The notes under the pieces were generated by a model. It made no database searches and was not told the origin of the DNA. It saw nothing but the letters and a program-made list of their open reading frames with translations. Shown here one piece after another: positions 37,641-50,768 of a stretch of 64,000 nt of DNA (position 1 is the stretch's first letter; the number at the start of each line of letters is the position of its first letter). Both the position numbers and the translations under genes were made by a program. The DNA lies in NCBI RefSeq assembly GCF_006345805.1, contig NC_043000.1, positions 1,674,001-1,738,000 of the forward strand, written 5' to 3'. This DNA comes from Octopus sinensis. Its lineage: Eukaryota.

Positions 37641-39084
37641 TTATTTTTTGTTGTTTAGCCCCCGAATAAACCCTGATTAGGGTCACCTATGATCAAAGGA
37701 CGAAGCCTTATGGCCCTATTGGTTAGGCTGCTGTTGTTGTTAGGGAACAAGACGGGGGGTAAGGGTGATTAGGTGATGGTCTAGGGCTTAGGGGCGGGAG
37801 ACTCCAGACCTTGGGAAAAAAAACTTTGGTCGTCTTGTTGTAGTGGAGGGCTCTTCGTTGACGCCCGACACCACTGGGAGGTGGTCCTCGAAGTCCAAAT
37901 TCTTGAACGGCAAACTGGTTAGGCTGCTGGACTAACGATCATAAATGAGATAGTATGATAAAGTGTTCGATTCCCCGACTGAGCAGCGCGTTGTCTCCTT
38001 GGGCAAAACACTTTATTTCACTTAACTGAAAAAAAACGAAATGCCTCTGTTACTCTTGATGGCTATAGAACACTGAATTATGATAATCATCATGATGATG
38101 ACAACGATGGTGATGATCAAAAGCTTTCTAACACTGATCCACCTGTCTTTCTTTGATCTAATATCTACCTACTTATTTAAGACGGTGAAGTGTAACTGAA
38201 GGAAGGTAACTGTCGTTTCTAGCAGATGGGCTGACATCTTTAAGGTTTTCTTGCTGGTTCGCAACACCTTTACTTATATATTTATTTGTGGTATCGTTAT
38301 TTCGTATCACCAGTCTTTTGATAAAGTTTGCTTGTGCTAGGAGTTGGCATGTTATCGTCAGAGGGGTTGCAGACCAAACAATGCCTACGAATTTTGTACA
38401 TGTCCTCTCAGACAGAATAGATTGTTGGCTGATATTTTAGATCAGTAGAGTGAATCGTAAAATATTCACGTTGCTTGGCTTGCTACGAGAAAGTATTCAG
38501 TAATGACAACAACCAGAAGTTTTCTGAATGTCATGAAAGCCAGGGGCTTCTAAAAATTCCTGAAACTGTTAAGATGTGGTTTGAAACTAGATGCGAAAAT
38601 GCTTTGAGGAGATATCTTTCAATTTCTATTACTACCACATATTCTTTAAACCAGTTATTATTAGATATGTTTTGTTTAGTGAAATAAGGTTTCCAAAATA
38701 TTTCTAATTTTGCTGTCATTGATTAATGGCCTCACCACAGACACGATCGAGCAGTTTACCGAGAGAACGATTTAAGCGTGACCCATAAATCTGTTGTTCG
38801 CCATTTTAAAGATTGTAGGATAATATTTGAAGGAGATTTGACTGATAATTATAGCAGGACGAACGATATAATAGAAGCTACTTCGCTGCCTCGGTAAATA
38901 GTTGGTATCTTATCTGTAACAGGTATCTTATCTATTTCTATGTTGATACTGTTTATCGTCCTAAAGAACTGTTCAAGGTTGTTGCTGTTGTCATTGGCGT
39001 CGTCGTCCTCGCTATTGTTGTTACTGCTGGTGTATTTATCGTTGTTTTTAATGTCATTTGGTCCCAGTCCAGAAGCAGCAGATC

Positions 39085-39635
39085 TGTAGTGACGCTATTC
39101 CAGTTCGCGTGTGCGGAGTTTGGAGCCTTCTGTAGAGGCAGAAGGGAAGGGCCCTCTCGCGCATGCGCGAAGACCGGAAGAAGGGAATGATGATGTGGCG
39201 TTCCCCTAAAAAGGGTACAGGGAGACGCATAGCAGCAGTGAGCAGAGCGACTTGAGGCACAGCGACCGAAGGGAAAGCACGTATTTTCATACGTGTGGTC
39301 AACTAATCCCCGTAGCAGTCTGACAGAAGGCTTTCAACCAGACATTGTTGCAGACCACATTTTCTTCGCTCCCTAAGGACGCCATTTATGACCAGCTCAG
39401 TTTTGCTGTTGTACTTGTAAGATTGTTACAAGCGTTAAAATTTCAGCCTTGTCACATCCATACCAAGCGGAACCAAATACCACCTTATTTCTTACGTTAT
39501 AAGAACAATAAAGAGTATATATTTTTACTGTCGCGTTTGTGTTCTTTGACTGGTAGAATCTGGAAATTTAAGCAGCGGAAATTGAATGCACCAGTTGCAC
39601 CCTAAAAGTGCAAGAAGCAGTCTATTCCCGTTACA
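39085..39635 (+). mobile_element. Solo LTR (Gypsy-type)
   Basis: TGTAGTGACGC...CCCGTTACA, 4-bp TSD GATC on both sides, internal AATAAA. Confidence 0.8.
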
Positions 39636-39759
39636 GATCTATGATCAAACGTAATAAAGACGTGACCATCTTGTTTTTCGCTCTTATATTTCTGGAACAA
39701 TTATATTCAGTATATTTTAAAGACGTTAAGGCGGGCGTGGTTTTAGAATTAATCGGTTA

Positions 39760-40599
39760 CCATTAAAATTACTGCAGAGCTTAATGACCACCTCGAGAAC
39801 CCAGTTCCCACAAAAACTGTTGGCTGGGAGCTGCACAAAGCCGGATTTCACGGGAGGGCTGCAATCAGAAAACCACTACTTTCAAAAACAAATGTTGCAA
39901 AGCGTTTATAGTGGAGTAAAAATCTACGGAATTAGTCCCTAGAGCAGTGGAAGAATGTTATTTTCTCGGACAAGTCATCCTTTACCTTATTTCCGACCAC
40001 CGGCCGAGTATACGTGTGGAGACAAACCAAAGGAGCATTTGATCCAGACTGCCTTCTTCCAACTGTTAAACATGGAGAAGGATCTGTGATGATCTAGGGG
40101 ACTATATCTTGGAAATCCGCTGGCCTAATAGTTTCCCTTCATGGCAGAATTAATTGTCAAGACTATTTAAGCATTTTATCTGATCAAATTCATCCTATGG
40201 TTGCGGAGCTGTTTCCGGAGGGAAACACAATCTTTCAGGATGATAATGCACAAATTCACGCAACTAAAGCTGTTACTGAATGGCACGAAGAACATTCTAG
40301 TGAAGTTGAACATCTTATCTGGCCACCACAGTCCCCGGATCTCAATATTATTGAACATTTATGGTGTATTTTAGAAAAACAATTAAGGAGTCGATATCCT
40401 CCACCGTCATCACTGCAAGAACTGGAGACTGTTTTAGCTGAAGAATGGACAAAAATTCATTTGGAAACAATTCAAACTTTGTAAGAGTCCATATCTCGTA
40501 GAATTCAAGCTGTAATTACTGCCAAAGGTGGTCCTACTCCATATTAAAATAAATTTGTTTGAAATTTTAAGGTGTTTCCATTATTTTGTCCAACCCCTG
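39760..40599 (+). pseudogene. Tc1 (DD34E-type) transposase remnant with 3' TIR
   Basis: WKNVIFSDK, TVKHGEGSVMI, IFQDDNAQIH, WPPQSPDLNIIEHLW, AKGGPTPY*; ends ttgtccaacccctg. Confidence 0.9.
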
Positions 40600-40750
40600 T
40601 TATACATAATACGTCCTCCCTCATTTTCTGTCTACCAAATCACGAGGCTTTGGTCGGTCCGGGGCTATGATATATGACATCGGCCGAAGGTGCTGAACCC
40701 GGAACCATGTGGTTGGAAAACAAACGTCTTACCCCACAACCATACACACA

Positions 40751-40787
<37 letters not shown>

Positions 40788-41142
40788 CACACACACACAC
40801 ACACACAATATGCACGCACACACACACGCAATAAAACTTGAGGAATGGAGATTGCGATATTATTTCTATTTTGTTGTTTTCAAATGTTTGAATACTTCCA
40901 TAATAACTAATCTTGTGTCATATTTGTAAACAGGTCTGTATTTAATGAAATTGTTTCTTTTGAACTTTTTACAAAAGGAATATGCAACGTGGGAGATACG
41001 AGTCGGCCATTCAAAAACACACAAAGACCGTTAACTTCAGTTATGTATTTATTGTTCGTAATGTGGTGTCAAAATTTGCGTCGCTCGAAATTGTACCTGG
41101 TTGGTCACCGACAAAGATTTGATGCAACGCAATTTTGTCAGT

Positions 41143-41528
41143 GTGGAGGCACATGACCTAGTGGTTAGCGCAGCGGACTCGCGGCCGAGGGATCGCGGTT
41201 TCGATTCCCAGACCGGGTGTTGTGAGTGTTTATTGAGCGAAAACACCTAAAGCTCCACGAGGCTCCGGCAGGGGATGGTGGTGAACCCTGCTGTACTCTT
41301 TCACCACAACTTTCTCTCGCTCTTTCTTCCTGTTTCTCTTGTACCTGTATTTCAAAGGGCCAGCCTTGTCACATTCTGTGTGTCACGCTGAATCTCCTCG
41401 AGAACTACGTTAAGGGTACACGTGTCTGTGGAGTGCTAAGCCACATGCACGTTAATATCACGAGCAAGCTGTTCCGTTGATCGTATCAGCTGGGACCCTC
41501 ATCGTCGCAACCGACGGAGTGCTCCTCC
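41143..41528 (+). mobile_element. SINE-C body with variant head
   Basis: Family C body ending accgacggagtgctcctcc. Confidence 0.85.
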
Positions 41529-41625
41529 TATTTATTGTTCGTAATACGGTGTCAAAATTTGCGTCGCTCGAAATTGTACCTGGTTGGTCACCGACAGAGA
41601 TTTGATGCAACGCAATTTTGTCAGT

Positions 41626-42140
41626 GTGGAGGCACATGACCTAGTGGTTAGCGCAGCGGACTCGCGGTCGAGGGATCGCAGGTTCGAATCTCAGAATAGG
41701 TGATATGTGAAAGGTAGGAGAGTCCAGTTTGCTGGACATTGTTGTAGAGCTGAAAAAGAAGTAATTTCTACTCTTCTCCTCTGGAAGCCATCTACTCGCA
41801 ATACCAGAGGGCGTACACTCTCCTACCCTGATGTAATCTCCAGGGATACAGGCATCCAGCAACAGGACCTCCGTAATGCCATGATGGACCATGAAGTCTG
41901 GCGTAGCATGGTAAATTCCATTGTCTCGACCACGGTCGAACAATGATAATGATGATGTGTTTTTATGAGCGAAATACCTAATCTCCACGCGGCCCCGGCA
42001 GAAGGTAATGGCGAACTTCTGCTGACTCTTTCACCACAACTTTAACTCACTCTTTCCGCCTGCATCTAGAAGCTCACCTGCCAAGGAAACCGGGAAATCG
42101 ACCCTTTTGAGTCAGGCGTGGCTCGAGAAGGAACAAACAG
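41626..42140 (+). mobile_element. SINE-C2 (C-like head, different tail) interrupted by an RTE fragment
   Basis: TSD caa(t/c)tttgtcagtg; body resumes at gtgttttatgagcgaaatacc. Confidence 0.7.
41707..41956 (+). mobile_element. RTE-clade LINE 3' end
   Basis: KGRRVQFAGHCCRAEKEVISTLLLWKP...RGRTLSYPDVISRD...WRSMV, then (TGA)n tail; near-identical inverted copy at 43641-43905. Confidence 0.7.
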
Positions 42141-42373
42141 CAACTTTGTCAGTGACCAAGTCGCAGTTTCGAGCGACGAAAATTTTCATACCGTATTACA
42201 AACAACAAATGTTTAAGTGAAGTTAAGTGAAGTTAATGGTCTTTGTGTGTTTCTAACTTGTGTCTCCCTCAACACAATCGTCTTAGCTCCAACACATGAT
42301 TTCAAATGCAAGTACATCTCTGTAAATCTTTTTACAAAATGAACATGCAAGAATAATCGGTTATTTTGCTAAA

Positions 42374-42604
42374 AGGCGGCGAGCTGGCAGAACCGTTAGC
42401 ACGTCGGACGAAATGCTTAGCGGTATTTCGTCTGCGTTACGTTCTGAGTTCAAATTCCGCCGAGGTCGACTTTGCCTTTCATCCTTTCGGGGTCGATAAA
42501 TTAAGTACCAGTTACGCACTGGGGTCGATGTAATCGACTTAATACCTATGTCTGTCCTTGTTTGTCCCCTCTGTGTTTAGCCCCTTGTGGGTAATAACGA
42601 AATA
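42374..42604 (+). mobile_element. SINE-B full monomer
   Basis: 15-bp TSD ggttattttgctaaa. Confidence 0.93.
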
Positions 42605-42919
42605 GGTTATTTTGCTAAATACATGATATTCAGTAACGCCTATAGTGAGCGGTACTCAGATTTATAATTTTATCAGGAAAATGACTAGGAGATAAAGTGA
42701 AAAAAAAAATGAATGAATCTATGAACTGTGTTCAACCTTGATTACTGAAATCCTAAGTGCTAATCAGATCTGTTATGCTATTCGGATATTATTGGAATTG
42801 GCTATAGACAACTCTGTGATACCAAAATATTTTCATGTCACCGTTGTGATATTTGTTCCTAGTATAATAGACGTAGACGTAATGTCTATATACCAAAAGA
42901 CAAATATTTTATTGGGTCA

Positions 42920-43053
42920 GCCGACATACATACGTTCATAGACAATAGAAACGCCGACATACATACATTCATAGACAATAGAAACGCCGATATACATACA
43001 TTCATAGACAATAGAAACGCCGACATACATACATTTATAGACAATAGAAACGC
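42920..43053. repeat. 33-bp minisatellite x4
   Basis: Unit gccgacatacatacattcatagacaatagaaac. Confidence 0.9.
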
Positions 43054-43202
43054 TTACACTCGCATACGCACACTCTTGTACACAAATATTAACATACAAA
43101 CATGTATACTTATAGGGCCGGCGCTAGGAAGTGCGGGGCCCAATTAGAGAATTGTCAGTGGGACCCTCTGCTCTACAAAAGCAGAAAATTGATGTCATCC
43201 TT

Positions 43203-43510
43203 CGTGTTGTGGGGACGCAGTTGAGTGAGAGATAAAAAATACTCCTTGTAACACCACAGATGAATTGAAGGCAAAGAATATGGCAAAATTCATTAACTTA
43301 AACAAGGAGACTGTCCAGAAGAGTTGCAGGAGATTCCAAAGTCGTCTGGAGGCCGTGGTTGAAGCCAATGACGATTTTATTGAATAAATTTACTCTTTAG
43401 TATTTCAAGATACTTTTATGTAATTTTGGTAAATATATCTGTTAAACTGAGATGTCAGTGTTATTTTCATTTTTGCGTAATTTAGACGACAATATATTCA
43501 CCGTACCCTG
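43203..43510 (+). pseudogene. DD37D/maT-like transposon 3' end
   Basis: LNKETVQKSCRRFQSRLEAVVEAN..IE*; ends caccgtaccctg-TA; homologous to 53800-54550. Confidence 0.75.
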
Positions 43511-43640
43511 TATATTTATAAATATATATTCGAAATCTGATGAGTATGGTAAGTATGAATGCGCTAATTTTGTTAAAATACCAAAATAAAAAACGTGAAA
43601 ACCAGACTGTTTTAACTTTATTCACCTAATATATTATTCT

Positions 43641-43905
43641 ATCATCATCATTCATCATTGTTCGACCGTGGTCGAGACAATGGAATTTACCATGCTACGC
43701 CAGACTTCACGGTCCATCATGGCATTACGGAGGTCCTGTTGCTGGATGCCTGTATCCCTGGAGATTACATCAGGGTAGGAGAGTGTGCGCCCTCTGGTAT
43801 TGCGAGTATGTGGCTTCCAGAGGAGAAGAGTAGAAATTACTTCTTTTTCAGCTCTACAACAATGTCCAGCAAACTGGACTCTCCTACCTTTCACAAGAGA
43901 TGACA
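43641..43905 (-). mobile_element. RTE-clade LINE 3' end
   Basis: Same peptide as 41707-41956, (TGA)n tail. Confidence 0.7.
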
Positions 43906-44218
43906 CAGGTGGTAATTATTCTATACACATTCACACAAATTCGAAACAATATATATATATTGTGTATGTATTATGTGTGCGTATGTGTGTGTTTGTGTGT
44001 GTGTGTGTGTGAGTGCACACACACACACAAATAAGAAAATTCCTAATGTAATATATTACTTAGGACATAATTAACAACGAAAAGAGGAGTTTGAGAGAGA
44101 AGCGTCAAGGGAGGGAATAGAAAGAAATTAAAGCTAATAAATTGTTATGTTTGGAATGCGGTTACTGAAAAATACCAGAATAGAGAAGAAAAGTATTGTC
44201 TTCTGTATAAAAAGAGTA

Positions 44219-44731
44219 CCGTAAATCTTCGTGTATAGTCCGCCCCTGAGTATAATACGCAAGGGATTTTTAGGGACTGTACTTTTGAAAACCCTAAACA
44301 TAGTATATAATACGCACCCCTTCTCTAACTTGAGTCAAGGAGGTCTATATAATGTCCTTGGCTTGTGAAAATGTATACGGTAATGTCCTTTATTATTATT
44401 ATTGTATATATAACACAATGAAAATGTGTAGCTTTTTTGTGCATTTTGTTTGCAGAAAATAAAGAAATAACAGTAATAACGTTTAATAAATGTTGCTTAC
44501 TGCAAGTTATGGATGATTCTTTTATGACTTCATTGCTTTCAGGCTTAGCTTAAGATATTTTCGAGCCCGACATCACAAAATGCGTTTGAATAAACATTGT
44601 CGGATAGCAAATAGAGACTCGGGCATTACTTAGAAAATATTTTTCATTTTTAACCTCGTATATAGTACACACTAGGGATTTTGACCTTTAAATTTTGGGG
44701 GGAAATGCGGATTATACTCGAGAATTTACGG
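44219..44731. mobile_element. Tc2/pogo-like MITE
   Basis: TA|CCGTAAATC...GAATTTACGG|TA; second copy at 60323-60836. Confidence 0.85.
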
Positions 44732-44813
44732 TATAGAAAAGTACATACAAATATATTCTAAGCAATCATAAATATAGCATATGGCCTACAGATAGAAACA
44801 GCAACAAAGGGCT

Positions 44814-45236
44814 ATCTCTCTCTATATAAACGGCAGTTTGTCTGTCTCTGTGTCTGTCAGGTTGTACCCTCACCCTGACCACGGCTTTCAACCGATTCTG
44901 ATGAAACTTGACACACACATAGCCCAATGTCATAATTCAAAACTAACGCAGCGAAAATTTTGAAAAGTTCCCCCAGTTCTGAAAAAAATCGATAAATTCG
45001 ACATGGTGTCGAGAATCTAAGCTTTTTATATGCAACACATTTTCTGTCTAGGGGACACAACTCGACAGCTAGGGACAGCTAGGAACATCGTATACACAGA
45101 AGTATTCGAGTGAAGAGAAGACATTGCAACCTACACATGCGCCTTCGTTCCCTAGAGGGAAAGGACTAGATTGGGATTAGTCGTTGCCTACTAGGGGCTC
45201 TTACATACCCGGGCAACGCCGGGCTATGCTGCTAGT
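44814..45236 (+). mobile_element. Helentron-type element, family H2
   Basis: Near-identical to 20983-21393. Confidence 0.7.
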
Positions 45237-45494
45237 ATGCTATACAATAGACACATCATGGATTATATTAGTTCTAAGTGAGTTCACATTCTCTCCACAA
45301 TAAAATAAATTACGATCACACAAAACACATCACCCATCATAGACGGTTGGACTTAGACCTCTTACACGACGAAACAATACTTAAAGTGAAAGGCCAGTTC
45401 TGCAAGCGAAATCAAGTTTGTTCAATCAGCATCAAACCAGAATGCTACTCAACAGCATTCAAAAAATTTTGGGTTGTCAGATAAATTCCCCCGT

Positions 45495-45563
<69 letters not shown>

Positions 45564-46145
45564 TGTGTTGTGTGTGTGTGTGTGTTGTGTGTGTGTGTGT
45601 GTGTATGTGTGTATTTTCATTTATTTTAATTCTTTCCAATATTGTTTGGTTTAGCACGAAAAATATTTTCATTGTATTCAGCTCTGTTCTTCCGCTATAA
45701 TTTTTGTTTATCGCTTTTTTGAGATCTGAAATAAATTTTACTTTTTTCCATCCATATGAAAATGTAAGAAAAAACAAACGAATTTATCTGATGACCCAAT
45801 ACTACCTCCCTCCCCCCACACACACACGCATAACCCAGATAAGTATAAAAGACGCATAAACATGAAAACCTCACTAGTTGCAAACATTATGTTGAGATGC
45901 AAATGTTGCGCCAGGTTAAATAGAATTAATATGGTTCCCATCTTTTTAAATTTGTTCAACACAATGGCGAAGAATGAAGAATTATGGGAGTATAAATTCT
46001 ATTTTGTCACCTCATCAATAAAAAGGGAGTGCCAAAATGTTTCTTTAACCTTTTACAATTCAGATTACTTTGTCAAATACAACGCTTATAAACATTATTT
46101 TGAATTAATCATGCAGTATTTTGTAGCTTTGAATTTTCGATGGCA

Positions 46146-46553
46146 TACTCTTTTACTCTTTTACTCTTTTACTTGTTTCAGTCATTTGACTGCGGCCATG
46201 CTGGAGCACCGCCTTTAGTCGAGCACATCGACCCCGGGACTTATTCTTTGTAAGCCCAGTACTTATTCTATCGGTCTCTTTTGCCGAACCGCTAAGTAAC
46301 GGGGACGTAAACATCGGTTGTCAAGCAATACTAGGGGGACAAACACGGACACAAACATACACGCACACGCACATATATATATATACATATATACGACGGG
46401 CTTCTTTCAGTTTCCGTCTACCAAATCCACTCACAAGGCATTGGTTGGCCCGAGGCTATAGTAGAAGACACTTGCCCAAGGTGCCACGCAGTGGGACTGA
46501 ACCCGGAACCATGTGGTTGGTTAGCAAGCTACTTACCACACAGCCACTCCTGC
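46146..46553 (-). mobile_element. SINE-A
   Basis: Family A head and tail. Confidence 0.9.
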
Positions 46554-47189
46554 ATGGTTGTTTATGTTTAGAATGACATTATAGGGTAGATGTGAGAGGG
46601 TGGATCTGGCCAGTTTAATATAAATCAAGTATAATATTTAGAGGAGGCGCTGGTCTGTTCCAGTTTGAAAATCGTTGATTGTAACCCAAGTCGAAATTCG
46701 GCCATTTTATTTTGCTGGTTCATGGAGTAAATGTTTCTCCAATGTTCTATGTTTAACCTTGAGATAAAGTCTCGACTATTTCACCTCTAAATATGTAAAT
46801 GATGAAGTGTTTGACATCTGTCTAACATCTGTCTATCTAACATGATGTCTGTTTAACGTTTTGATATCTAAATATATCGATCAAATCTTTTGATCTGTAG
46901 GTAGATTGTTCAGTATTCGGTCGCTGATACGATGCTCAACACATCATGTCTAAATATGGCTTGTAGAGAACTTGCTTATTGCGTTTGCGTTGTTCGATCT
47001 CTGTAACAAAACTTCTGCATATCTCATCTCTGTAAACAGAATCAAGAGAAAATGCAGCTACTCTCTTAAACATCAATGTCACTGCATAATTACTTGCGTT
47101 TTGATGAATACGTACGTATGTGTTCAGTGAATACATACACCCACGGGTACATAAAAATATGTTGGGTAAAAGGTATATTATTATTTAAA

Positions 47190-47590
47190 ACTAGCAGTAT
47201 CGCCCGGCGTTGCTCGGGTTTGTAAGGGAAATAACTATATAAGCATTTTTAGAGAGTTATAGCCAAAAAATAGGAAAAAATGCATTACAAATGGAAAAAA
47301 AATTATGGTAATTTTTTTTTAAATCGTTGACTCATCGTAGACATTTTTAGAGTTATTTCCCTTATATAATAGCGAAAAAAATGCATGAAAATGGAAAAAA
47401 AATTATGGTAAATTATTTTTTTAATCGTAGACTCATCGTAGACGCGCGCTAATACCCAGAAGGGCTCGATATGAATCACGACTATAAGATACCCGGTTTT
47501 GGTTAAACTGCACCGCAAAATGTGGGAGTAGTTAGGAATTTAAATCGTAGGAGACAGACAGCACACAACCTTCTTTTTTTATTTAAAGAT
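47190..47590 (-). mobile_element. Helentron-type element, family H1
   Basis: ctagcagtatcgcccggcgttgctcggg end. Confidence 0.72.
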
Positions 47591-47925
47591 AAGCAGTTTT
47601 AATTATAATTTTACTCCGACAGAATAATTTTCGTGGTGAGAGACATTGCAGCTTGGCAACGCTGACTTTTGCTGCCATGCAGACAAGTAAATCATACAAT
47701 TTGAATAATGTATTAGTTTATCAAGAGCGTAGCCAACAGAATATGATAGTAATTTACTTGATTCATTTGATATTTGCTTTCAAGATGTGTTATATATAAA
47801 GGAATTTCTGTCTGAAGCTGGTTTTTGCGACGTTGTTCATAGTGTACCTTATTTCCACGTCACGTAAACTGGTTTATTCTTGTTTATTGCGCTTCTACTA
47901 CTTTATATCGTTTGTATATATATAT

Positions 47926-48324
47926 ACTAGCAGTATCGCCCGGCGTTGCTCGGGTTTGTAAGGGAAATAACTATATAAGCATTTTTAGAGAGTTATAGCC
48001 AAAAAATAGCAAAAAAATGCATTAAAAATGGAATAAAAATTATGGTAAATTTTTTTTTAAATCGTTGACTCATCGTAGACATTTTTAGAGAGTTACTTCC
48101 CTTTATTTAAAAAATATGCGTTAAAATGGAAAAAATTATGGTAAATTACTTTTAAAATCGTAGACTCATCGTAGACGCGCGCTAATACCCAGACGGGCTC
48201 GATATGAATCACGACTATAAGATACCCGGTTTTGGTTAAACTGCACCGCAAAATGTGGGAGTAGTTAGGAATCTAAATCGTAGGAGACAGACACTCACAC
48301 AACTTCACTTTTATATATATAGAT
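47926..48324 (-). mobile_element. Helentron-type element, family H1
   Basis: Both ends intact. Confidence 0.72.
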
Positions 48325-48326
48325 AT

Positions 48327-48580
48327 GTGGAGGCGCGTGGCTTAGTGGTTAGGGTGTCAGCATCATGATCGTAAGATTGTGGTTTCGATTCCTGGACCGG
48401 GCGACGCGTTGTGTTCTTGAGCGAAACACTTCATTTCACGTTGCTCCAGTCCACTCAGCTGGCAAAAATGAGTGACGCCGCGATGGCCTGGCGTCCCGTC
48501 CAGCTGAGGAACACATGCGCCATAGAAACCGGGAAACCGGGCCCATGAGCCTGGCTAAGCCTTAAAAGGGCGCATTTATT
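48327..48580 (+). mobile_element. tRNA-head CORE-like SINE, family D
   Basis: gtggaggcgcgtggcttagtgg...ggtttcgattcc; ttgtgttcttgagc..cacttcatttcac..cagctggcaaaaatgag resembles the CORE domain. Confidence 0.8.
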
Positions 48581-49082
48581 TTATTTTATTTTATTATATT
48601 ATATTATATATGTGTACGTTTCCAAGTTCAAATCTCGCCAAGGTCAACTTTACCTTCCATCGTTCTGAAGTCAATAAAATAGAGTACCAATCCGTGGCTA
48701 TGAAATAGCGGAACTCTTGGAGCGTTAAACTTTGGAATATTTGTTCCTTCTTTACATTCTTAGGCCCCGGAAAGGTATAATGTAATTATCTGTCTCTTAG
48801 ATATACTTATCCATCATAGAAATGCATCCTTCAGTAAATGATCTGTTATGGCGTTGCAGGTCTTTCTAGAAGACACCAATGAAACGGTACAGCAGATGCG
48901 TCTAAAAAGCGTCAACTTCACGTTCTAAGTCCAAATTCCGCCAGAAGTTGATTTTGCCTTTCAGCTGTCTGATATTAATACCGCTGATATTGAGGTAGAT
49001 TTAATTAAATATGTGCTTGTCTCGCAAGTTTTGGCCTTGTGTCTCATTTAGAAGTTCTTATATGGTTATCCGCTGAAATGTA

Positions 49083-49471
49083 ATCTATATATATAAAACT
49101 GTAGTTGTGTGAGTGTCTGTCCCCTTCGATTTAGATTCCTAACTACTCCCACATTTTGCGGTGCAGTTTAACCAAAACCGGGTATTTTATAGTCGTGATT
49201 CATATCGAGCCCTTCTGGGTATTAGCGCGCGTCTACGAAGAGTCTACGATTTTTAAAATAATTTACTATCATTTTTTTCCATTTTCATGCATATTTTTTT
49301 AAAGGGAAGTAACTCTCTAAAAATGTCTACGATGAGTCAACGATTTAAAGCAAAATTTACCATCATATTTTTTCCATTTTTAATGCATTTTTTTTTTGGC
49401 TACAACTCTCTAAAAATGCTGTATAGTTATTTCCCTTACAAATCCGAGCAACGCCGGGCGATACTGCAAGT
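49083..49471 (+). mobile_element. Helentron-type element, family H1 (inverted)
   Basis: atctatatatataaaac...ccgagcaacgccgggcgatactgc. Confidence 0.72.
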
Positions 49472-50104
49472 AATTATGAAAATTGTTTCAAATTTTGGCA
49501 CAAGATCAGAAATTTTAGTGAGAAGAGATCAAGTGACTACATTAAAGTATGTGACTGGTACGAAAAAAAATAGGGCGAAAAGGCAACTATGACCTCGGTA
49601 GGATATGAACTCAGAACGTAAGAACCTGAAGAAATGTTGTTAAGCATTTTCCCTGACGCACTAGTGATTCTGCCAGCTCGCCACTTTACTGACTCAAATT
49701 TTAGCACAACGTCGGTAGTTTCAAAAGGAGGGTTTAATCAATATCGTCGGCCCAGTACTTGACGGGTACTTTATTTTATCGACCCTGAAAGGACGAAAGG
49801 CAAAACTGTCTTGGGTGGGATTTAAACTCAGAATATAAACAGCCGAAGAAAATATCACAGGGCATTTTATCCGACACCCAAACGATTCTTTCAGCTCGCT
49901 GCGTTAATGACAATGTTTACAAAATTGGTTCAATAAGAGTTATGTATCTTACTTACAAGTGTGTATTCGTGTATGGTGATGGAGGGGGGCAACATTCAGT
50001 AAAACATGGATTTCAAAGAGTAAAATATGAACTTAGGATCTTGAGCTCAGCAAGTAGTCCGAAACATTGGGTTTCATTGATTGTTTTCGTTTTCTGTTTG
50101 AAAC

Positions 50105-50470
50105 GTCAGCACGTCGGGCGAAATGCTTGGCGGTATTTCGTCTGCCGTTACGTTCTGAGTTCAAATTCCGCCGAGGTCGACTTTGCCTTTCATCCTTTCG
50201 GAGTCGATAAATTAAGTACCAGTTACGCACTGCGATCGACTTAATCCCTTTGTCTGTCCTTGTTTGTCCCCTCTGTGTTTGGCCTCTTGTGGGTAGTAAA
50301 GAAATAGGTATTTCGTCTGTCTTTATGTTCTGAGTTCAAATTCTGCCGAGGTCAACTTTGCCTTTTATCCTTTCGGGATAAATAAATTAAGTACCAGTTG
50401 CGTACTGAGGTTGATCTAATCGACTGGCCACCTCCCCCAAAATTTCGGGCTTTGTGCCTAGAGAAGAAAA
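50105..50470 (+). mobile_element. SINE-B / B2 hybrid dimer
   Basis: Junction gaaataggtatttcgtc at about 50301-50320; second unit ends with the B2 tail. Confidence 0.8.
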
Positions 50471-50768
50471 GAATATATGACTGATACTTTACATAATCGA
50501 TCCCAGAGAGAAGAAAAGCAAAGGTGATCTCGCCGGGATTTGAACTCAGATCGTAAAGAGCAGGAACAAATATCGCAAGACATTTTTCCAACACTGTAGC
50601 GATTTTGCCTGCCCACCACATTGAGATGAAGATTTTAAAACTTTGGCACAGATCTGTAGGGAAGGAATATGTATAATTCACCATGAATAATGAAAGACTT
50701 GTGATTTTTGCTCAGAAGATAAAGTGACTTATCAGTCGCGTTCCTGCTCCTAAATTCTTCTTACACTA

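Larger units (their letters stand above)
41046..42211. mobile_element. Small palindromic (MITE-like) element expanded by nested insertions
   Basis: Arm tattgttcgtaatacggtgtcaaaatttgcgtcgctcgaaa (41046 and 41529) is the inverse of tttcgagcgacgaaaattttcataccgtattacaaacaacaaa (about 42167-42210). Confidence 0.65.
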
